A model generated the notes under the pieces. It was not told the DNA's origin. It searched no databases and saw only the letters and a program-made list of their open reading frames with translations. Of a stretch of 64,000 nucleotides of DNA, positions 18,688 through 31,411 are shown piece by piece. The position numbers and the translations under genes were made by a program. Position 1 is the first letter of the stretch, and every line of letters starts with the position of its first letter. This DNA comes from Pseudomonadota bacterium (GTDB lineage Bacteria > Bdellovibrionota > FAC87 > UBA2466), in assembly GCA_043718025.1 (NCBI GenBank), contig JAYSWN010000068.1:64001-128000 (forward strand), read 5' to 3'.

Positions 18688-21600
18688 TTACAACTTCGCT
18701 TCTGCGTTCAACGCATCTTCGTCGTCTAAAGACGTCGGAATATCAAGCAGCTCTTCTTCGGTCTGCTCGGCTTCCTGCACGTCGATCATGACGCGTCGGT
18801 AAATGTCGATACCCGTACCGGCTGGGATGAGACGTCCCATTATGACGTTCTCTTTCAGGCCGCGGAGGCGATCGACTTTTCCTTGAATAGCCGCTTCGGT
18901 AAGAACCTTTGTGGTCTCTTGAAACGAGGCCGCCGAGATAAAGCTCTCGGTGCTCAAAGATGCCTTGGTAATACCGAGTAGTAACGGTGCGGCTTCCGCT
19001 GGGCGCTTGCCCAACTTCTTGACGCGTTCGTTCTCTTCCTCAAACTTCCACTTCTCGATATGCTCGCCAAGTAGAGTGTCGGTATCACCTGGGTCGGTGA
19101 CGCGAACTCGCTTCAACATCTGACGCACAATCAATTCGATGTGCTTGTCATTGATGCGCACACCTTGCAGACGATAAACTTCCTGCACTTCGTCTACTAG
19201 GTACTTTGCTAAGGCCTTGTCGCCCAAGATCTGAAGAATATCGTGCGGATTTGCCGCGCCATCCATTAAGGCCTCACCAGCACGCACGTGGTCACCCTCG
19301 CGTACGCTGATGTGCTTACCCTTAAGGATCAGATATTCCTTTGGCTCGCCGTGTTCAGGAGTAATCAGCAGCTTGCGCTTACCTTTACTATCCTTACCAA
19401 ACGAAACCACGCCATCAACTTCAGCAATCGCCGCAGTGTCTTTCGGTTTCCGCGCTTCAAAAAGCTCAGCTACACGAGGGAGACCGCCGGTAATGTCCTT
19501 GGTCTTGGTGGTTTCTCTAGGAATCTTAGCAATTGCGTCACCCGGAAGGATCTCTTCTCCATCCGTTACAACGAGATTCGCGCCCATGGGAATAAGGTAA
19601 CTCACTTTTGGCGTCTTCTTAGCGTCCTTTTCCGGTAGATTCGGGTCGATAATCAATATGCGAGGTCGCAAATCGCCATCTCGTGAATCGATAATGGTAC
19701 GCCGGCTTAGGCCAGTAACCTCATCCACTTGCTCGCTGAGCGACATACCTTCGGTAATATCGACGTAAGCAATTTTACCGCCCTGCTCGGTAAGAACAGG
19801 AATGGTATAAGGATCCCAGTTAGCAACAACTTGACCGCGCTTCACTCGCTCGCCGTCATTGACGTTTAAGCGGGCACCGTAAACCAACGGATACCGTTCA
19901 CGCTCGCGACCTGTGTCGTCAAGAATGGCGATTTCACCATTTCGGTTCATTGCGGTAAAGGTTCCATGTCTGTCTTTCACGGAGTTGACGCGAATCAACT
20001 TCACGACACCATCATGGCGCACTTCAAGAGAACTCTGCTCAGCTCTTCGGCTCGCCGTGCCACCAACGTGGAACGTGCGCATCGTTAACTGAGTGCCGGG
20101 TTCACCAATACTCTGTGCTGCAATAATACCGGCGGCTTCGCCAATATTTACTAAATGGCCGCGAGATAAATCGCGCCCGTAGCAGTAACAGCACACACCA
20201 ACTTTTAGTTTGCAGGTTAAGGCTGAGCGAATGATGACTTTTTCAATGCCGGCTTCTTCAACCAAGCGCATTTTTTCTTCGTCAATCATCCCGTTCATCT
20301 CAACAAGCATTTTGCCGGTGTAGGGATCGTTGATGTCATCCAAAGCCACACGGCCAAGGATACGGTCACCAATTGGTTCAATTACCTCGCCGCCTTCAAT
20401 CAGCGCCGAAATCTCGATACCATCAGTGCTCTTACAATCTACTTCGGTCACTACGATATCCTGCGCTACGTCGACTAAACGACGAGTGAGGTATCCGGAA
20501 TGCGCGGTTTTAAGTGCTGTATCAGCCAAACCTTTTCGCGCTCCGTGAGTTGAAATGAAGTACTGAAGGGCATCTAGACCCTCGCGAAAATTCGCGGTGA
20601 TCGGAGTTTCAATGATCGCGCCCGAGGGGCGTGCCATTAATCCACGCATACCTGCAAGCTGACGAATCTGGGCCGCGCTACCGCGGGCACCGGAATCGGC
20701 CATCATGTAGATCGAGTTCAAGCTGGTCATCGCGACCATCTTGCCGTCTTTGTCCTTCATCTTTTCGGTGGACAACTCTTCCATCAACTCTTCGGCAATC
20801 TGCTCAGTTACCTGCGCCCAAATGTCGATGACTTTGTTGTAACGTTCACCGTCCGTAATCAAGCCTTCAATGTACTGATTCTGAATCTCTTGGACTTCCG
20901 TGTAGGCTCCATCGAGCAGCTCTTTCTTGCGTTGCGGGATTTTCATGTCCTGCATGCAAATACTAATGCCGCCTTTAGTTGCGTACTCAAAACCCAACGT
21001 ACGTAGCCTGTCCGCCAGCATTACCGTGCGTTTATTGCCGGTCGAGCGGTAGGTGTTGTCCATCAAAGCCGAGAGGGCTTTTTTGTTCATCACGCAGTTG
21101 TAGGTATCGAATGGAATCTCGATAGGGCAAATTTCACGGAGAATTAAACGACCCGGAGTCGTTTCATACCGTTTCATCACGCCATCTTTATCAATTACGC
21201 GACAAGTAATCTTAGCGTGAAGATCGAGCTCACCAATCTCATGCGCATAAATTGCTTCATGTGGATTTGCGAAAGTCTTGCCTTCACCCTTTTGATTAAT
21301 GCGCTGCTGGGTCATGTAATACACGCCCAACACAATGTCCTGCGTAGGATCGATAATCGGTTTACCGAATGCGGGCGAAAGGATGTTGTTCGTAGACATC
21401 ATCAGCACGCGGGCTTCCAATTGGGCTTCCACGCTCAAAGGAACGTGAACGGCCATCTGGTCACCGTCGAAATCGGCATTAAAAGTGGAACAGACCAAAG
21501 GATGCAACTGAATCGCTTTTCCTTCGATAAGAACCGGCTCAAAGGCCTGAATTCCCAAACGATGCAATGTCGGAGCACGATTCAGCAGAATCGGATGCTC

Positions 21601-22854
21601 TTTCACCACTTCTTCGAGAATGTCCCAAACTTCTTCTTTTTCCTTCTCCACCATCTTCTTTGCGCTTTTGATGGTGGTTACGTAGCCACGCTCTTCAAGT
21701 TTGTTGAAGATAAAAGGCTTGAACAACTCAAGGGCCATTTTCTTTGGCAAACCGCACTGGTGTAGCTTCAGTTCAGGACCAACGACGATTACGGACCGAC
21801 CAGAAAAGTCGACGCGTTTTCCAAGTAAGTTCTGACGGAATCGACCCTGCTTGCCTTTAAGCATGTCAGAGAGCGAACGAAGCGGACGTTTGTTCGGACC
21901 GGTAAAGGTGCGACCACGACGACCATTGTCAAAAAGGGCATCTACCGCTTCTTGCAGCATTCGCTTTTCATTATGAATAATGATTTCAGGGGCGTTTAGC
22001 TCCTGGAGGCGCTTCAAACGGTTGTTTCGGTTGATCACGCGGCGATACAGGTCATTCAAATCGGAGGTCGCAAAACGACCACCATCCAAAGGCACCAGGG
22101 GACGTAAATCCGGAGGAATGACCGGAATCACATCAAGCATCATGTTTTCTGGGCGGTTTCCCGAGTTCTTAAAGGCTTCAACCACCTTTAAGCGCTTGGC
22201 CAACGCCTTTTGGATCGTCTCGCTAGAAGTCTTTGCCAATGCGGCACGAATGTCGCGGGCCAACACTTCAACGTCGATCTCTTTCAACATGTCGCGAACG
22301 GCTTCGGCACCCATCGCGGCTTTGAAATCTTGTTTATATTCTTTTCGAGCGGCCGTGTGTTCATCCTCAGAAAGGACTTCGCCCTTTTTCAGGAGAGTGG
22401 ATTTGCCCGGGTCCATTACAACGTATGCTTCACAGTAAAGAACTCGTTCTAAGTTCTTCAGGCTGATATCGAGCATCGCGCCGATTCGGCTTGGAAGTGA
22501 TCGCAAGAACCAAATGTGAGCAACTGGAGTTGCCAATTCAATGTGGCCCAACCGCTCGCGGCGAACCTTGGATTGGATAACCTCAACCCCACACTTTTCG
22601 CAAACCACGCCTCGATGCTTCATGCGTTTATATTTTCCGCAGATGCATTCGTAGTCTTTTACAGGTCCGAAGATTTTGGCGCAAAAAAGCCCATCTCGTT
22701 CCGGTTTGAAGGTTCTGTAGTTGATAGTTTCCGGCTTTTTCACTTCGCCGTAGGACCATGAGCGGATCTTCTCTGGGCTAGCCAAAGAAATTTTTACCGC
22801 TTTAAAAGAAAGTGGATCCTTCGGTTTATCGAAAAAGTTTAAGAGGTCTTTCAT
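18688..22854 (-). CDS. rpoC: RNA polymerase beta' subunit
   Basis: [12 protein letters not shown] active site, Zn-finger, [16 protein letters not shown]. Confidence 0.99.
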   Translation of the reverse strand: MKDLLNFFDKPKDPLSFKAVKISLASPEKIRSWSYGEVKKPETINYRTFKPERDGLFCAKIFGPVKDYECICGKYKRMKHRGVVCEKCGVEVIQSKVRRERLGHIELATPVAHIWFLRSLPSRIGAMLDISLKNLERVLYCEAYVVMDPGKSTLLKKGEVLSEDEHTAARKEYKQDFKAAMGAEAVRDMLKEIDVEVLARDIRAALAKTSSETIQKALAKRLKVVEAFKNSGNRPENMMLDVIPVIPPDLRPLVPLDGGRFATSDLNDLYRRVINRNNRLKRLQELNAPEIIIHNEKRMLQEAVDALFDNGRRGRTFTGPNKRPLRSLSDMLKGKQGRFRQNLLGKRVDFSGRSVIVVGPELKLHQCGLPKKMALELFKPFIFNKLEERGYVTTIKSAKKMVEKEKEEVWDILEEVVKEHPILLNRAPTLHRLGIQAFEPVLIEGKAIQLHPLVCSTFNADFDGDQMAVHVPLSVEAQLEARVLMMSTNNILSPAFGKPIIDPTQDIVLGVYYMTQQRINQKGEGKTFANPHEAIYAHEIGELDLHAKITCRVIDKDGVMKRYETTPGRLILREICPIEIPFDTYNCVMNKKALSALMDNTYRSTGNKRTVMLADRLRTLGFEYATKGGISICMQDMKIPQRKKELLDGAYTEVQEIQNQYIEGLITDGERYNKVIDIWAQVTEQIAEELMEELSTEKMKDKDGKMVAMTSLNSIYMMADSGARGSAAQIRQLAGMRGLMARPSGAIIETPITANFREGLDALQYFISTHGARKGLADTALKTAHSGYLTRRLVDVAQDIVVTEVDCKSTDGIEISALIEGGEVIEPIGDRILGRVALDDINDPYTGKMLVEMNGMIDEEKMRLVEEAGIEKVIIRSALTCKLKVGVCCYCYGRDLSRGHLVNIGEAAGIIAAQSIGEPGTQLTMRTFHVGGTASRRAEQSSLEVRHDGVVKLIRVNSVKDRHGTFTAMNRNGEIAILDDTGRERERYPLVYGARLNVNDGERVKRGQVVANWDPYTIPVLTEQGGKIAYVDITEGMSLSEQVDEVTGLSRRTIIDSRDGDLRPRILIIDPNLPEKDAKKTPKVSYLIPMGANLVVTDGEEILPGDAIAKIPRETTKTKDITGGLPRVAELFEARKPKDTAAIAEVDGVVSFGKDSKGKRKLLITPEHGEPKEYLILKGKHISVREGDHVRAGEALMDGAANPHDILQILGDKALAKYLVDEVQEVYRLQGVRINDKHIELIVRQMLKRVRVTDPGDTDTLLGEHIEKWKFEEENERVKKLGKRPAEAAPLLLGITKASLSTESFISAASFQETTKVLTEAAIQGKVDRLRGLKENVIMGRLIPAGTGIDIYRRVMIDVQEAEQTEEELLDIPTSLDDEDALNAEAKL

Positions 22855-25800
22855 AGTGCTCCGTCCTCCATAAGCTCGATATCGAGGCCCAAGCTCTGAA
22901 GTTCTTTTACTAAGACGTTAAACGACTCGGGTAAGCCTGGCTCGAGCACATTCTCACCCTTAACAATGGTTTCAAACATTCGGATACGCCCGGCGACATC
23001 GTCTGACTTCACCGTGAGCAGCTCTTGCAAGCAGTAAGCGGCGCCATAAGCTTCAAGCGCCCAAACTTCCATCTCTCCAAGTCGCTGACCACCGAACTGC
23101 GCTTTACCACCCAGCGGTTGCTGCGTGACTAAAGAATAGGGGCCAATGCTTCGAGCATGAATCTTTTCATCGACCAAATGATGGAGTTTCAAAACATACA
23201 TCACCCCTACGGTGACATCATGTTTGAAAGGTTCACCGCTACGGCCGTCGAATAAGATCTGCTGTCCGTTGGTGTTCAAACCAACCGCACTCAGCGCCGC
23301 TTCGATTTCGAGTTCCTTGGCGCTATCAAATACTGGACTTGCCATGTGCAAGCCACGCTTCAAGCGCAAGGCAATCGTTTTCAAGGCGTCGATGCTCAAG
23401 CCATCCAACTCAGCCGAAAGATTTTTCGAAGTGAAAATTCGTTTCAACATTTCGCGAATAGATTTGGCGTTGGTTTCGTTCCAAGCGCGCAGAGCCTCGG
23501 TCATTTGACGACCAACTTCAAAGCCAGCGCGGCCAAGATGCGATTCCAAGATCTGTCCGACGTTCATACGCGAAGGAACGCCGAGGGGGTTCAACACGAT
23601 TTGAACAGGGGAGCCATCTTCCATGTACGGCATGTCTTCCATCGGAAGAACGCGGGAAATAACCCCTTTGTTTCCGTGACGACCAGCCATCTTATCGCCC
23701 ACCGCAATGCGGCGTTTGATCGCAACATAGACCTTAACCATCTTGATGACGCCGGGAGGTAGCTCATCACCCTTTTTCAGTTTTTTCACTTTCTCGTCAA
23801 AGATAGTGCGAATGGTCTGAATCTGAGCGTCAACGGCAGAAAGGGTTGTCCCCACTTGATATTCCGCGTCCGAGGACAATGGAATATGGCGGAGTAGATC
23901 ATAGTGTACGGATTCATATTCCGCCTCAGTGATCTCTTGACCCTTTTTCAACAATTGGTTTTCACCCGAAGAGTCCAGTAGCTTACCCGTGGTGGTCTGG
24001 CCAACGATGAGCGCGGAGACCTTTTTCTTAGCGGCTTCCTGAAGAATTCTAACTTCAGTGCCCTCGTCTTTGCGAATACGGGTCTCTTCGTCTTCGACCA
24101 AGCGAGCGGTACGCTCATCTTTGTCTGCGCCTTCGCGCGAGAAAACTTGAGCACCAATAACCGTTCCGACGATACCCGGCGAAACACGTAGGGACGTATC
24201 TTTAACGTCGCCTGCTTTTTCCCCGAAAATAGCGCGAAGAAGCTTCTCCTCAGGAGAGAGCTGAGTCTCACCTTTTGGAGTGATCTTTCCGACGAGAATA
24301 TCGCCAGGTTTCACTTCAGCGCCGATGCGCACTATTCCTGAGCTATCCAAATTCATCAGCTGTTCTTCGCTGACGTTCGGAATGTCGCGGGTGACCTCTT
24401 CTTTACCGAGTTTGGTATCTCGGGCTACGCATTCAAACTCTTCAATGTGAATGGAGGTGAAGGTGTCTTTCTCTACCAGCTCTTCGCTGATTAGGATCGA
24501 ATCCTCAAAGTTGTAACCACCCCACGGCATGAATGCCACGAGGATGTTTTGGCCCAAGGCCAATTCGCCCATGTCCGTTGCGGGACCATCGGCAAGAACC
24601 TGACCTTTTTCCACCCGCTCACCCATCTTAACGATAGGCTTCTGATTAACGCAGGTGTTCTGGTTCGAACGACGATACTTAATTAAATTGTAGATATCGA
24701 CGCCTGGACCCTTAGTGGTCTGGCCTTCGGTGCGCACCACGATCCGGGTGGCATCTACGAAATCAATGATACCGTTACTCTTGGCCACTACGGTTACCCC
24801 GGAGTCGCGAGCCACGAGTTTTTCCATACCCGTTCCGACAATCGGAGCGTGAGTACGAACTAATGGTACGGCTTGACGCTGCATGTTGGAGCCCATCAGC
24901 GCGCGGTTCGCATCATCGTTCTCGAGGAACGGAATGAGCGAGGCGGCAATGGACACCAGCTGGTTCGGCGAGACGTCGAGAAGATCGATATCTTCACCAC
25001 GGGCCAAGATGGTTTCACCTTGGCGACGCGCCGGAACGAAGTCCGGAATTACGCGGCCTTCTTTAACCGGAACGGTTGCCTGAGCAATCGTGTGGTTTTC
25101 TTCCTCAAGGGCCGAGAAAAACACCACCTCTTCAGAAACTTCTCCGTTCACCAGTTTTCGATACGGGGTTTCAATGAAACCGTAATCGTTCACCCGGCCA
25201 AAAGTGGAGAGAGACGAAATAAGACCAATGTTTGGACCTTCAGGGGTCTCAATCGGACAGATACGACCGTAATGGGTAGAGTGTACGTCACGGACTTCAA
25301 AGCCAGCGCGTTCACGAGTCAAACCTCCGGGCCCGAGGGCGCTCAGACGACGTTTATGCGTCACTTCTGAAAGCGGATTGGTCTGATCCATAAACTGTGA
25401 AAGTTGCGAGCTACCGAAGAACTCTTTAACCACTGCCGATACCGGCTTGGCGTTAATAAGATCATGCGGCATTAGCGTTTCAACGTCTTGCAAGCTCATG
25501 CGTTCACGAATGGCGCGTTCCATGCGAACCAAGCCGATGCGGAACTGATTTTCTAAGAGCTCACCAACCGCGCGAACGCGGCGATTGCCTAAATGGTCAA
25601 TGTCGTCAATCTGGCCTTTGCCATTTTTCAAATCGACGAGGTACTTCACCACCGCCACAATGTCTTCTTTAGTCAAAGTGGTGTGTTCGAGAGGAGTAGT
25701 GAAACCAAATTTATGATTGATCTTTAGTCGCCCCACACGGGACAATTCGTATTTAGTGGGGTCGAAGAATAAGCCGTCAAAAAGCACTTGCGCGGTTTCA

Positions 25801-26963
25801 AGCGTTGGGGGATCCCCGGGACGCAACCGACGGTAAATTTCGATAAGGGCTTCTTCTTTGGTAGAAATCTTATCTTGCGTAAGAGTGTCGCGCAGGTAAG
25901 TGCCTACGTTAATTCGGTCAGTATAAAGAATTTTGAATTCGGCAATTTTACGATCCGCAAGAAGGTCTAGCTTATCGTCATTGATTTCTTCGTTGCACTC
26001 AAGAAGAACTTCGCCTGTTTCTAAATCTACAACGTCAACGGCGCAGAATTTTCCAATCAGCTGTTCCCGTTCGATTGGAAATTTTTTGATCTTAGCTTCA
26101 TCAATTTTCTTAATTAGGCTTTGAGTGAACTTTTTGTTCTTCTCAACGATGACCTTTCCGTTCTCATCCATCCAATCAAAGTTGGCTCTTTGGCCACCGT
26201 ACAGTTTAGGCTCGAAGGTTAGGAGCATTTTACCGCCCTTACCAATCGACACGGTCTCGTGATCGTAGAAATAGGAAAGCAGCTCTTCAACCGAAAAGCC
26301 TAACGCTTTTAGAAGCACAGTGACATGCAGTTTTCGGCGGCGGTCGATCCGCACATAAATGATGTCTTTATGATCGAATTCGAAATCCAACCAAGATCCG
26401 CGATAGGGGATAATGCGGGCAGAGTAGAGCAACTTTCCGCTGCTATGAGAGGTGCCTTTATCGTGGTCAAAGAATACGCCAGGCGAACGGTGTAGCTGAC
26501 TCACCACAACACGCTCAGTGCCATTGATGATGAAGCTGCCACGGTCGGTCATGAGCGGAATTTCACCCAAATAGACCTCCTGCTCTTTTACGTCCTTAAT
26601 GGAGCGGGTCTGGGTCTGTTCGTCGACATCCCAAACTTCTAGGCGAACTGTAACTTTAAGGGGCGCGGCGTAGCTCATGCCGCGGCTACGACACTCATCC
26701 ACGTCATACTTCGGCGTTTCTAGAGTGTAGGATTCAAACTCAAGCGCAGCCGTGTTGTTGAAGTCATGAATGGGGAAAACCGACTTAAACACCCCTTGCA
26801 GGCCAGTATTGCTCCGCTCAGGCGCAGTCGTTTCTGACTGCAGAAATTTTTCGTACGACTTTTTTTGGACTTCAATGAGATCCGGAATCTCGATCCGGGG
26901 AGGAAATTTACCGAACTCTTTTCGAAAACGCTTTTGGTCAAAAAAGCGTGTGGTCGTCGACAT
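22851..26963 (-). CDS. rpoB: RNA polymerase beta subunit
   Basis: [51 protein letters not shown] 26963 with GGGG RBS preferred over 26981. Confidence 0.99.
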   Translation of the reverse strand: MSTTTRFFDQKRFRKEFGKFPPRIEIPDLIEVQKKSYEKFLQSETTAPERSNTGLQGVFKSVFPIHDFNNTAALEFESYTLETPKYDVDECRSRGMSYAAPLKVTVRLEVWDVDEQTQTRSIKDVKEQEVYLGEIPLMTDRGSFIINGTERVVVSQLHRSPGVFFDHDKGTSHSSGKLLYSARIIPYRGSWLDFEFDHKDIIYVRIDRRRKLHVTVLLKALGFSVEELLSYFYDHETVSIGKGGKMLLTFEPKLYGGQRANFDWMDENGKVIVEKNKKFTQSLIKKIDEAKIKKFPIEREQLIGKFCAVDVVDLETGEVLLECNEEINDDKLDLLADRKIAEFKILYTDRINVGTYLRDTLTQDKISTKEEALIEIYRRLRPGDPPTLETAQVLFDGLFFDPTKYELSRVGRLKINHKFGFTTPLEHTTLTKEDIVAVVKYLVDLKNGKGQIDDIDHLGNRRVRAVGELLENQFRIGLVRMERAIRERMSLQDVETLMPHDLINAKPVSAVVKEFFGSSQLSQFMDQTNPLSEVTHKRRLSALGPGGLTRERAGFEVRDVHSTHYGRICPIETPEGPNIGLISSLSTFGRVNDYGFIETPYRKLVNGEVSEEVVFFSALEEENHTIAQATVPVKEGRVIPDFVPARRQGETILARGEDIDLLDVSPNQLVSIAASLIPFLENDDANRALMGSNMQRQAVPLVRTHAPIVGTGMEKLVARDSGVTVVAKSNGIIDFVDATRIVVRTEGQTTKGPGVDIYNLIKYRRSNQNTCVNQKPIVKMGERVEKGQVLADGPATDMGELALGQNILVAFMPWGGYNFEDSILISEELVEKDTFTSIHIEEFECVARDTKLGKEEVTRDIPNVSEEQLMNLDSSGIVRIGAEVKPGDILVGKITPKGETQLSPEEKLLRAIFGEKAGDVKDTSLRVSPGIVGTVIGAQVFSREGADKDERTARLVEDEETRIRKDEGTEVRILQEAAKKKVSALIVGQTTTGKLLDSSGENQLLKKGQEITEAEYESVHYDLLRHIPLSSDAEYQVGTTLSAVDAQIQTIRTIFDEKVKKLKKGDELPPGVIKMVKVYVAIKRRIAVGDKMAGRHGNKGVISRVLPMEDMPYMEDGSPVQIVLNPLGVPSRMNVGQILESHLGRAGFEVGRQMTEALRAWNETNAKSIREMLKRIFTSKNLSAELDGLSIDALKTIALRLKRGLHMASPVFDSAKELEIEAALSAVGLNTNGQQILFDGRSGEPFKHDVTVGVMYVLKLHHLVDEKIHARSIGPYSLVTQQPLGGKAQFGGQRLGEMEVWALEAYGAAYCLQELLTVKSDDVAGRIRMFETIVKGENVLEPGLPESFNVLVKELQSLGLDIELMEDGAL

Positions 26964-27042
26964 GCAATAACCCCATTTCAAGGATCAGCCGTTGCGAGAA
27001 AACTAACGGCCTAAAAATTACTTTAAGACACAAAAAGACATA

Positions 27043-27102
27043 TGGAGAACCAAGATAGATCGATCCCTCAGTTTTTTAAGGAATTGATATTTTGGTTCTC
27101 CA
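27043..27102 (-). promoter_or_regulatory. Long stem-loop in the rplL-rpoB spacer (attenuator or processing-site candidate)
   Basis: TGGAGAACCAAGATA ... TATTTTGGTTCTCCA inverted repeat, followed by TATGTCTTTTT on the minus strand. Confidence 0.55.
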
Positions 27103-27128
27103 CCTAAATTGGCTAAATCGAGGGAAGA

Positions 27129-27506
27129 TTACTTCAACTCGACTTTGGCGCCTACTGCTTCAAGCTTTTTCTTGATCTCTTCAGCTTCTTTCTTGCTAAT
27201 GCCCTCTTTCAAGGTCTTAGGCGCGCTTTCTACGAGATCTTTAGCTTCTTTCAATCCGAGCGTGGTGAACCCACGGATCTCTTTAATGACCTGCACCTTT
27301 TGGGGGCCGCCATCCGTCAATACGACGTCAAAAGCAGTTTTTTCTTCAACGGGGGCTGCAGAAGCAGCACCGGCGGCAACTCCAACCGAAACTGGAGCGG
27401 CAGCGCTAACGCCATAACGAGTTTCAAATTTCTTAACGAACTCGGAAATGGTTAACAGGTTTGCACCATCAAAAAACTCAAATACCTGATCCTCTGTGAC
27501 TGGCAT
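27129..27506 (-). CDS. rplL: 50S ribosomal protein L7/L12
   Basis: [31 protein letters not shown]. Confidence 0.98.
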   Translation of the reverse strand: MPVTEDQVFEFFDGANLLTISEFVKKFETRYGVSAAAPVSVGVAAGAASAAPVEEKTAFDVVLTDGGPQKVQVIKEIRGFTTLGLKEAKDLVESAPKTLKEGISKKEAEEIKKKLEAVGAKVELK

Positions 27507-27542
27507 GGAATACTCCTTCTTCTCTTCTTCAATAATTAAAAA

Positions 27543-28076
27543 TTAAGACTGGGACTCTTTCTCTTTTTTAGCCTTCAAGTCACCCAATACGTATCCCAAG
27601 CGTTGGGGAGCATCTTTGAGGGCATAAAGAAACTTTGTGGGCGAAGATTTGAGGGCCCAAAGGAAAGAGACGAGCAATTCGTTTCTTCCTGGGAGCTTCG
27701 AGAGTGCCTGGTACTGGCTCTCGCTCATTAACTGGCCCATTGCTGCGCCAGCCTTCACCTTTAGACTAAAACCTTCTTTGGAGGTCCATTCAGCTACGGC
27801 CTTGGCCGTAAGAACGGCATCACCTTTGCTGTAGACAACCATTGTGGGGCCGGTCAAATGCTCGCCAACGGCAGCAAATGGGGTCTTTTCAAAAACTCGC
27901 TTGGCGAGTGTATTTTTGACGACCTTGACCCGTACATTTTGTTTCGCCAAACTAAGGCGAAATTGGGTCATCTGGTCAACCGTGAGCTTGTTAAAGGAAA
28001 CAAGGGCAAACGACTCTGCCGTTGAAATGCCATTCGTAAATGCAGAGACAAACGTCTCTTTTTGTGCCCGGTTCAA
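27543..28076 (-). CDS. rplJ: 50S ribosomal protein L10
   Basis: KVVKNTLA, LTGPT, LSKLP; position between rplA and rplL. Confidence 0.95.
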   Translation of the reverse strand: MNRAQKETFVSAFTNGISTAESFALVSFNKLTVDQMTQFRLSLAKQNVRVKVVKNTLAKRVFEKTPFAAVGEHLTGPTMVVYSKGDAVLTAKAVAEWTSKEGFSLKVKAGAAMGQLMSESQYQALSKLPGRNELLVSFLWALKSSPTKFLYALKDAPQRLGYVLGDLKAKKEKESQS

Positions 28077-28139
28077 AGCAAACTCCCCGAAATATAAACT
28101 GCCATTTAAATCCTCAATTCTTTATTACGTCAAGCAGCA

Positions 28140-28853
28140 TTAAACTGCTTGAGCGGCGTTAACTAACGCACTGGAATCCAAAATAATTCCTGGGCCCATG
28201 GTAGGGGCAATTGCGATCTTTCGAATGTAGATACCCTTAGACGTGGTTGGTTTGGCCTTAAGCACGGCATCAAAGAAAACCATGAAGTTTTGTTTGAGTT
28301 TTTCGGGGCCAAAAGATTTTTTGCCGATGATGGCATGGAGCACGCCGGCTTTTTCTACCTTGTATTCCACCTTGCCGAGCTTTTGTTCTCTGACGGCTTT
28401 ACCGATTTCGGCGGTAACCGTGCCCGTTTTTTTGTTCGGCATTAAGCCCTTGGGGCCCAAAGTTTTTGCAAGCTTGGTAAGGTCTTTGAGGCTATCAGGC
28501 GTGGTTAACACGCGATCAAACTCGAGCCAGCCACCGGCAATTTTTTCCATCAAATCGTCATTGCCAACGTGATCGGCCCCGGCTTCTCGAGCCTCTCGCT
28601 CGGCATCACCGCGAACAATACAAACGATACGTACGGGCTTACCCAGACCATTTGGAAGGGTGGTTGCACCGCGAACCATCTGATCAGATTGTTTGGGATC
28701 GACGCCAAGGTTGATGCAAACTTCAATAGATTCATCAAACTTACGGTTTTGGAATGAATCGACGATGTTAAGAGCGTCGTCGAGGCTATATTTTTTACCC
28801 AACTCTACTTTTGCCGCGTTGGCGCGGTAGATTTTTCCTGCTTTGTGTTTCAC
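28140..28853 (-). CDS. rplA: 50S ribosomal protein L1
   Basis: KFDESIE..LGVDP, LGPKGLMPN, TMGPG. Confidence 0.98.
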   Translation of the reverse strand: MKHKAGKIYRANAAKVELGKKYSLDDALNIVDSFQNRKFDESIEVCINLGVDPKQSDQMVRGATTLPNGLGKPVRIVCIVRGDAEREAREAGADHVGNDDLMEKIAGGWLEFDRVLTTPDSLKDLTKLAKTLGPKGLMPNKKTGTVTAEIGKAVREQKLGKVEYKVEKAGVLHAIIGKKSFGPEKLKQNFMVFFDAVLKAKPTTSKGIYIRKIAIAPTMGPGIILDSSALVNAAQAV

Positions 28854-28865
28854 TACTTACCTCAA

Positions 28866-28897
28866 TCAGGTGCAAACGACTGGTTAGGTCTCCCTGA
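28866..28897 (-). promoter_or_regulatory. L1-binding mRNA autoregulatory element upstream of rplA
   Basis: Minus strand TCAGG-GA-GAC-loop-GTC-GTTTGCA-CCTGA: a helix with an asymmetric GA internal loop like the L1 operator/23S mimic, next to the GAGG RBS of rplA. Confidence 0.7.
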
Positions 28898-28904
28898 GCG
28901 TTAA

Positions 28905-29330
28905 TTACATTCCAGAAACTTCTAAACCCATGCTACGGGCAGTGCCCGCCACTTGGCTCATCGCCGATTTCAAATCAATGGTGTTCAAATCAGGCATCTT
29001 GGTCTTGGCGATCTCTTCGATCTGGGCCTTGTTTACCGTTCCCACCTTATTCTTATTCGGAATGCCCGAGCCCTTTTCGATATTGGCTGCCTTTTTAAGG
29101 AGCTCAGAGACCGGCGGGGTCTTTGTAATAAACGTAAATGAACGATCTGCAAAGATGCTAATTACGACTGGAATTACCATGCCGCCCGCATTTTGCGTTC
29201 GGGCATTAAAAGCCTTACAAAATTCCATGATGTTTACGCCATGTTGGCCAAGCGCGGGACCAACTGGGGGAGACGGATTGGCTTTGCCTCCCGGTATTTG
29301 CAATTTCACCATTGCGGTTAACTTTTTCAT
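28905..29330 (-). CDS. rplK: 50S ribosomal protein L11
   Basis: [32 protein letters not shown]. Confidence 0.98.
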   Translation of the reverse strand: MKKLTAMVKLQIPGGKANPSPPVGPALGQHGVNIMEFCKAFNARTQNAGGMVIPVVISIFADRSFTFITKTPPVSELLKKAANIEKGSGIPNKNKVGTVNKAQIEEIAKTKMPDLNTIDLKSAMSQVAGTARSMGLEVSGM

Positions 29331-29355
29331 TTCTGCTCCTCAAAAAACCAGCGTT

Positions 29356-30036
29356 TTAATTCTTTTCAACCTGCACGAAATCGAGCTCGACCGGAGTAGA
29401 ACGTCCGAAAATGCTGACCATCACGCGCAGTTTGCCTTTATCAGGCTTAACTTCTTCCACGACACCATTAAAGTTGACGAACGGCCCATCGATAACACGG
29501 ACGCTTTCGCCTTCCTCAAATTGAACCTTGGGACGGGGTTTTAATGTGCCCTGCGTCATTTGGTTCGTGATGCGGGCAACCTCTTCTTCCGGCACCGGAG
29601 GAGGGGTTAATGCATTTCCCACAAATCCAGTGATTTTGGGAGTGCTTTTCACCAAATGCCAGGTGTTGTCGTTCAAAATCATCTTCACCAGCATGTAGCC
29701 GGGAAAAAATTTGCGGCTGGTGGTCTTCTTTTCACCGCGAACCAACTCAATTACGTTCTCTGATGGTATTAGCACTTCAGCGAAGAACTTTTCGGCCTTC
29801 TGCTGTTTGACTCGCTCTTTTAGCGCTAACCGAGCCTTTTGCTCAAAACCGCTATAGGTATGGACAACGTACCAACGAACGCTCTCATCATTGCCCGCGG
29901 TGCCGATAGTCTGCACTTCGGCGGAAGGCGATGTCGCGATCGTTACCTCGGCCGCCGCTGGAGTCTCTTTGGCGGTTGAGATTTGATCGTCAGGTTTGCC
30001 CGACTCTGGATTCTGATTGTTTTCTTGGGTACTCAC
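29356..30036 (-). CDS. nusG: Transcription termination/antitermination factor NusG with N-terminal extension
   Basis: [19 protein letters not shown] motif, [13 protein letters not shown] 30036 or TTG 30039 with AGGA RBS preferred over 30117. Confidence 0.96.
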   Translation of the reverse strand: MSTQENNQNPESGKPDDQISTAKETPAAAEVTIATSPSAEVQTIGTAGNDESVRWYVVHTYSGFEQKARLALKERVKQQKAEKFFAEVLIPSENVIELVRGEKKTTSRKFFPGYMLVKMILNDNTWHLVKSTPKITGFVGNALTPPPVPEEEVARITNQMTQGTLKPRPKVQFEEGESVRVIDGPFVNFNGVVEEVKPDKGKLRVMVSIFGRSTPVELDFVQVEKN

Positions 30037-30080
30037 CAAACTGTTCCTTAACCTTCGGTCCTTAAATAAATCAGACTCGC

Positions 30081-30455
30081 TTACGTGTTTAAGAGATAAC
30101 CAATGACTTGCCCCCACAGGAGGTCAAATCCGGCGAGAATAAAGCTGGCGATCAAAATGCAAATGAGCACCACCGTAGTGGATTTCATTACGTCATCTTT
30201 ACTTGGCCAGGTCACCTTTCTCAATTCACTGACGACCTCATCCATGACCGTATTGGCCCTGGGGTGTCGAAGCAAAATCGTAAAGAGGGCAATTCCCAAG
30301 ACTACGGGAAGCATTTCCCTCAGCACGCCTACGGCGGCATAACGGCGGATGGCGTAGAACGTGTGGTACGTCCACTCGATGAACGAGCGGGATAAGAACC
30401 ATAGCACCGCGCTACAGACCATATAGAAGGCCAAGATGAGTTTTCTATTGTCCAT
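30081..30455 (-). CDS. secE: Preprotein translocase SecE (three-TM type)
   Basis: ELRKVTWPSK motif; directly upstream of nusG. Confidence 0.93.
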   Translation of the reverse strand: MDNRKLILAFYMVCSAVLWFLSRSFIEWTYHTFYAIRRYAAVGVLREMLPVVLGIALFTILLRHPRANTVMDEVVSELRKVTWPSKDDVMKSTTVVLICILIASFILAGFDLLWGQVIGYLLNT

Positions 30456-30583
30456 GATTGCGGGGTACTCTGCCCCAGAGTGTTAATTAATTCAAGAAAA
30501 TGAATGATTAAATGAGTTCCGGTTAGGATTTTTTTTGAAGTCGCAACCAAGGGCAGTTACCCTCGGGTTTTGCGGGGTTAAAC

Positions 30584-31411
30584 TTGTCATCAAAGATCAT
30601 TCTCCAAGTCCGGAAACTAGCAGCCTCTGCCGGAGAGGTCGCCTACCTTTCTTTGAACCGTCCCGATGTCTCCAACGCATTGGATGGAGAAATGATCCGC
30701 GAGATGGGGCAAGCTATTAAAACTATAAAAGAAATGGGCTTAAGGTGCCGCCTTTTGGTGCTACGTGGGGTGGGCAAAAATTTTTGCGCCGGCGCCGATC
30801 TGGAGTGGATGCGACAGTCTAAATCGTTAGGTTTGGAGCAAAACCGCAAGGAGGCCTCAGAGCTTTCCGCTCTATTTCGAAGTCTTTACGACTTGGAAAC
30901 GCCCACATTGGCGTTGGTTCAGGGGGCGGCCTACGGTGGGGCGGTGGGCCTAGCGGCTTGCTGCGATATCGTTTTGGCGACTGAAAACAGTAAGTTTTGT
31001 CTAAGCGAAGTGAAAGTGGGCTTGGTTGCGGCGGTGATCTTGCCATTTCTCCACCTTAAGATTCACCCCGGTCACTTGCATCGCTTTGTTTTAGGAGCCA
31101 CCGTTTTTGGGGGGGAGGACGCTCGGCACGCTGGTCTGGTGGCCCGAGTGGTGGACGAAGACAAGCAGGACGAAGCGCTCTTGCACGAAATCAATTCGAT
31201 CTTGGCCGGAGAGCCAAACGTACAACGAGCGTTTAAGAAAAACCACCGTCTGCTATTGGAGCGAGACTCGGCCTGGTGGCAAGCGCAGTGTGAAATTGGG
31301 GTGGAGACGATTGCCGCGGCAAGAATCTCACCCACCGGACAAGAAGGCATTTCCGCCTTTTTTGAAAAGCGCAAACCCAATTGGGCCGCCAAAGTTGAGG
31401 AGATCGGATGA
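30584..31411 (+). CDS. Enoyl-CoA hydratase, methylglutaconyl-CoA hydratase-like
   Basis: [44 protein letters not shown]. Confidence 0.88.
   Translation: MSSKIILQVRKLAASAGEVAYLSLNRPDVSNALDGEMIREMGQAIKTIKEMGLRCRLLVLRGVGKNFCAGADLEWMRQSKSLGLEQNRKEASELSALFRSLYDLETPTLALVQGAAYGGAVGLAACCDIVLATENSKFCLSEVKVGLVAAVILPFLHLKIHPGHLHRFVLGATVFGGEDARHAGLVARVVDEDKQDEALLHEINSILAGEPNVQRAFKKNHRLLLERDSAWWQAQCEIGVETIAAARISPTGQEGISAFFEKRKPNWAAKVEEIG

Noticed and set aside
18688..30455. Many antisense or alternate-frame ORFs over rpoBC and ribosomal genes (also over clpB, purH, lnt)
   Set aside because: Shadow ORFs of conserved genes with no motifs or RBS
30456..30583. tRNA-Trp expected upstream of secE
   Set aside because: No cloverleaf or T-loop GTTCRA on either strand
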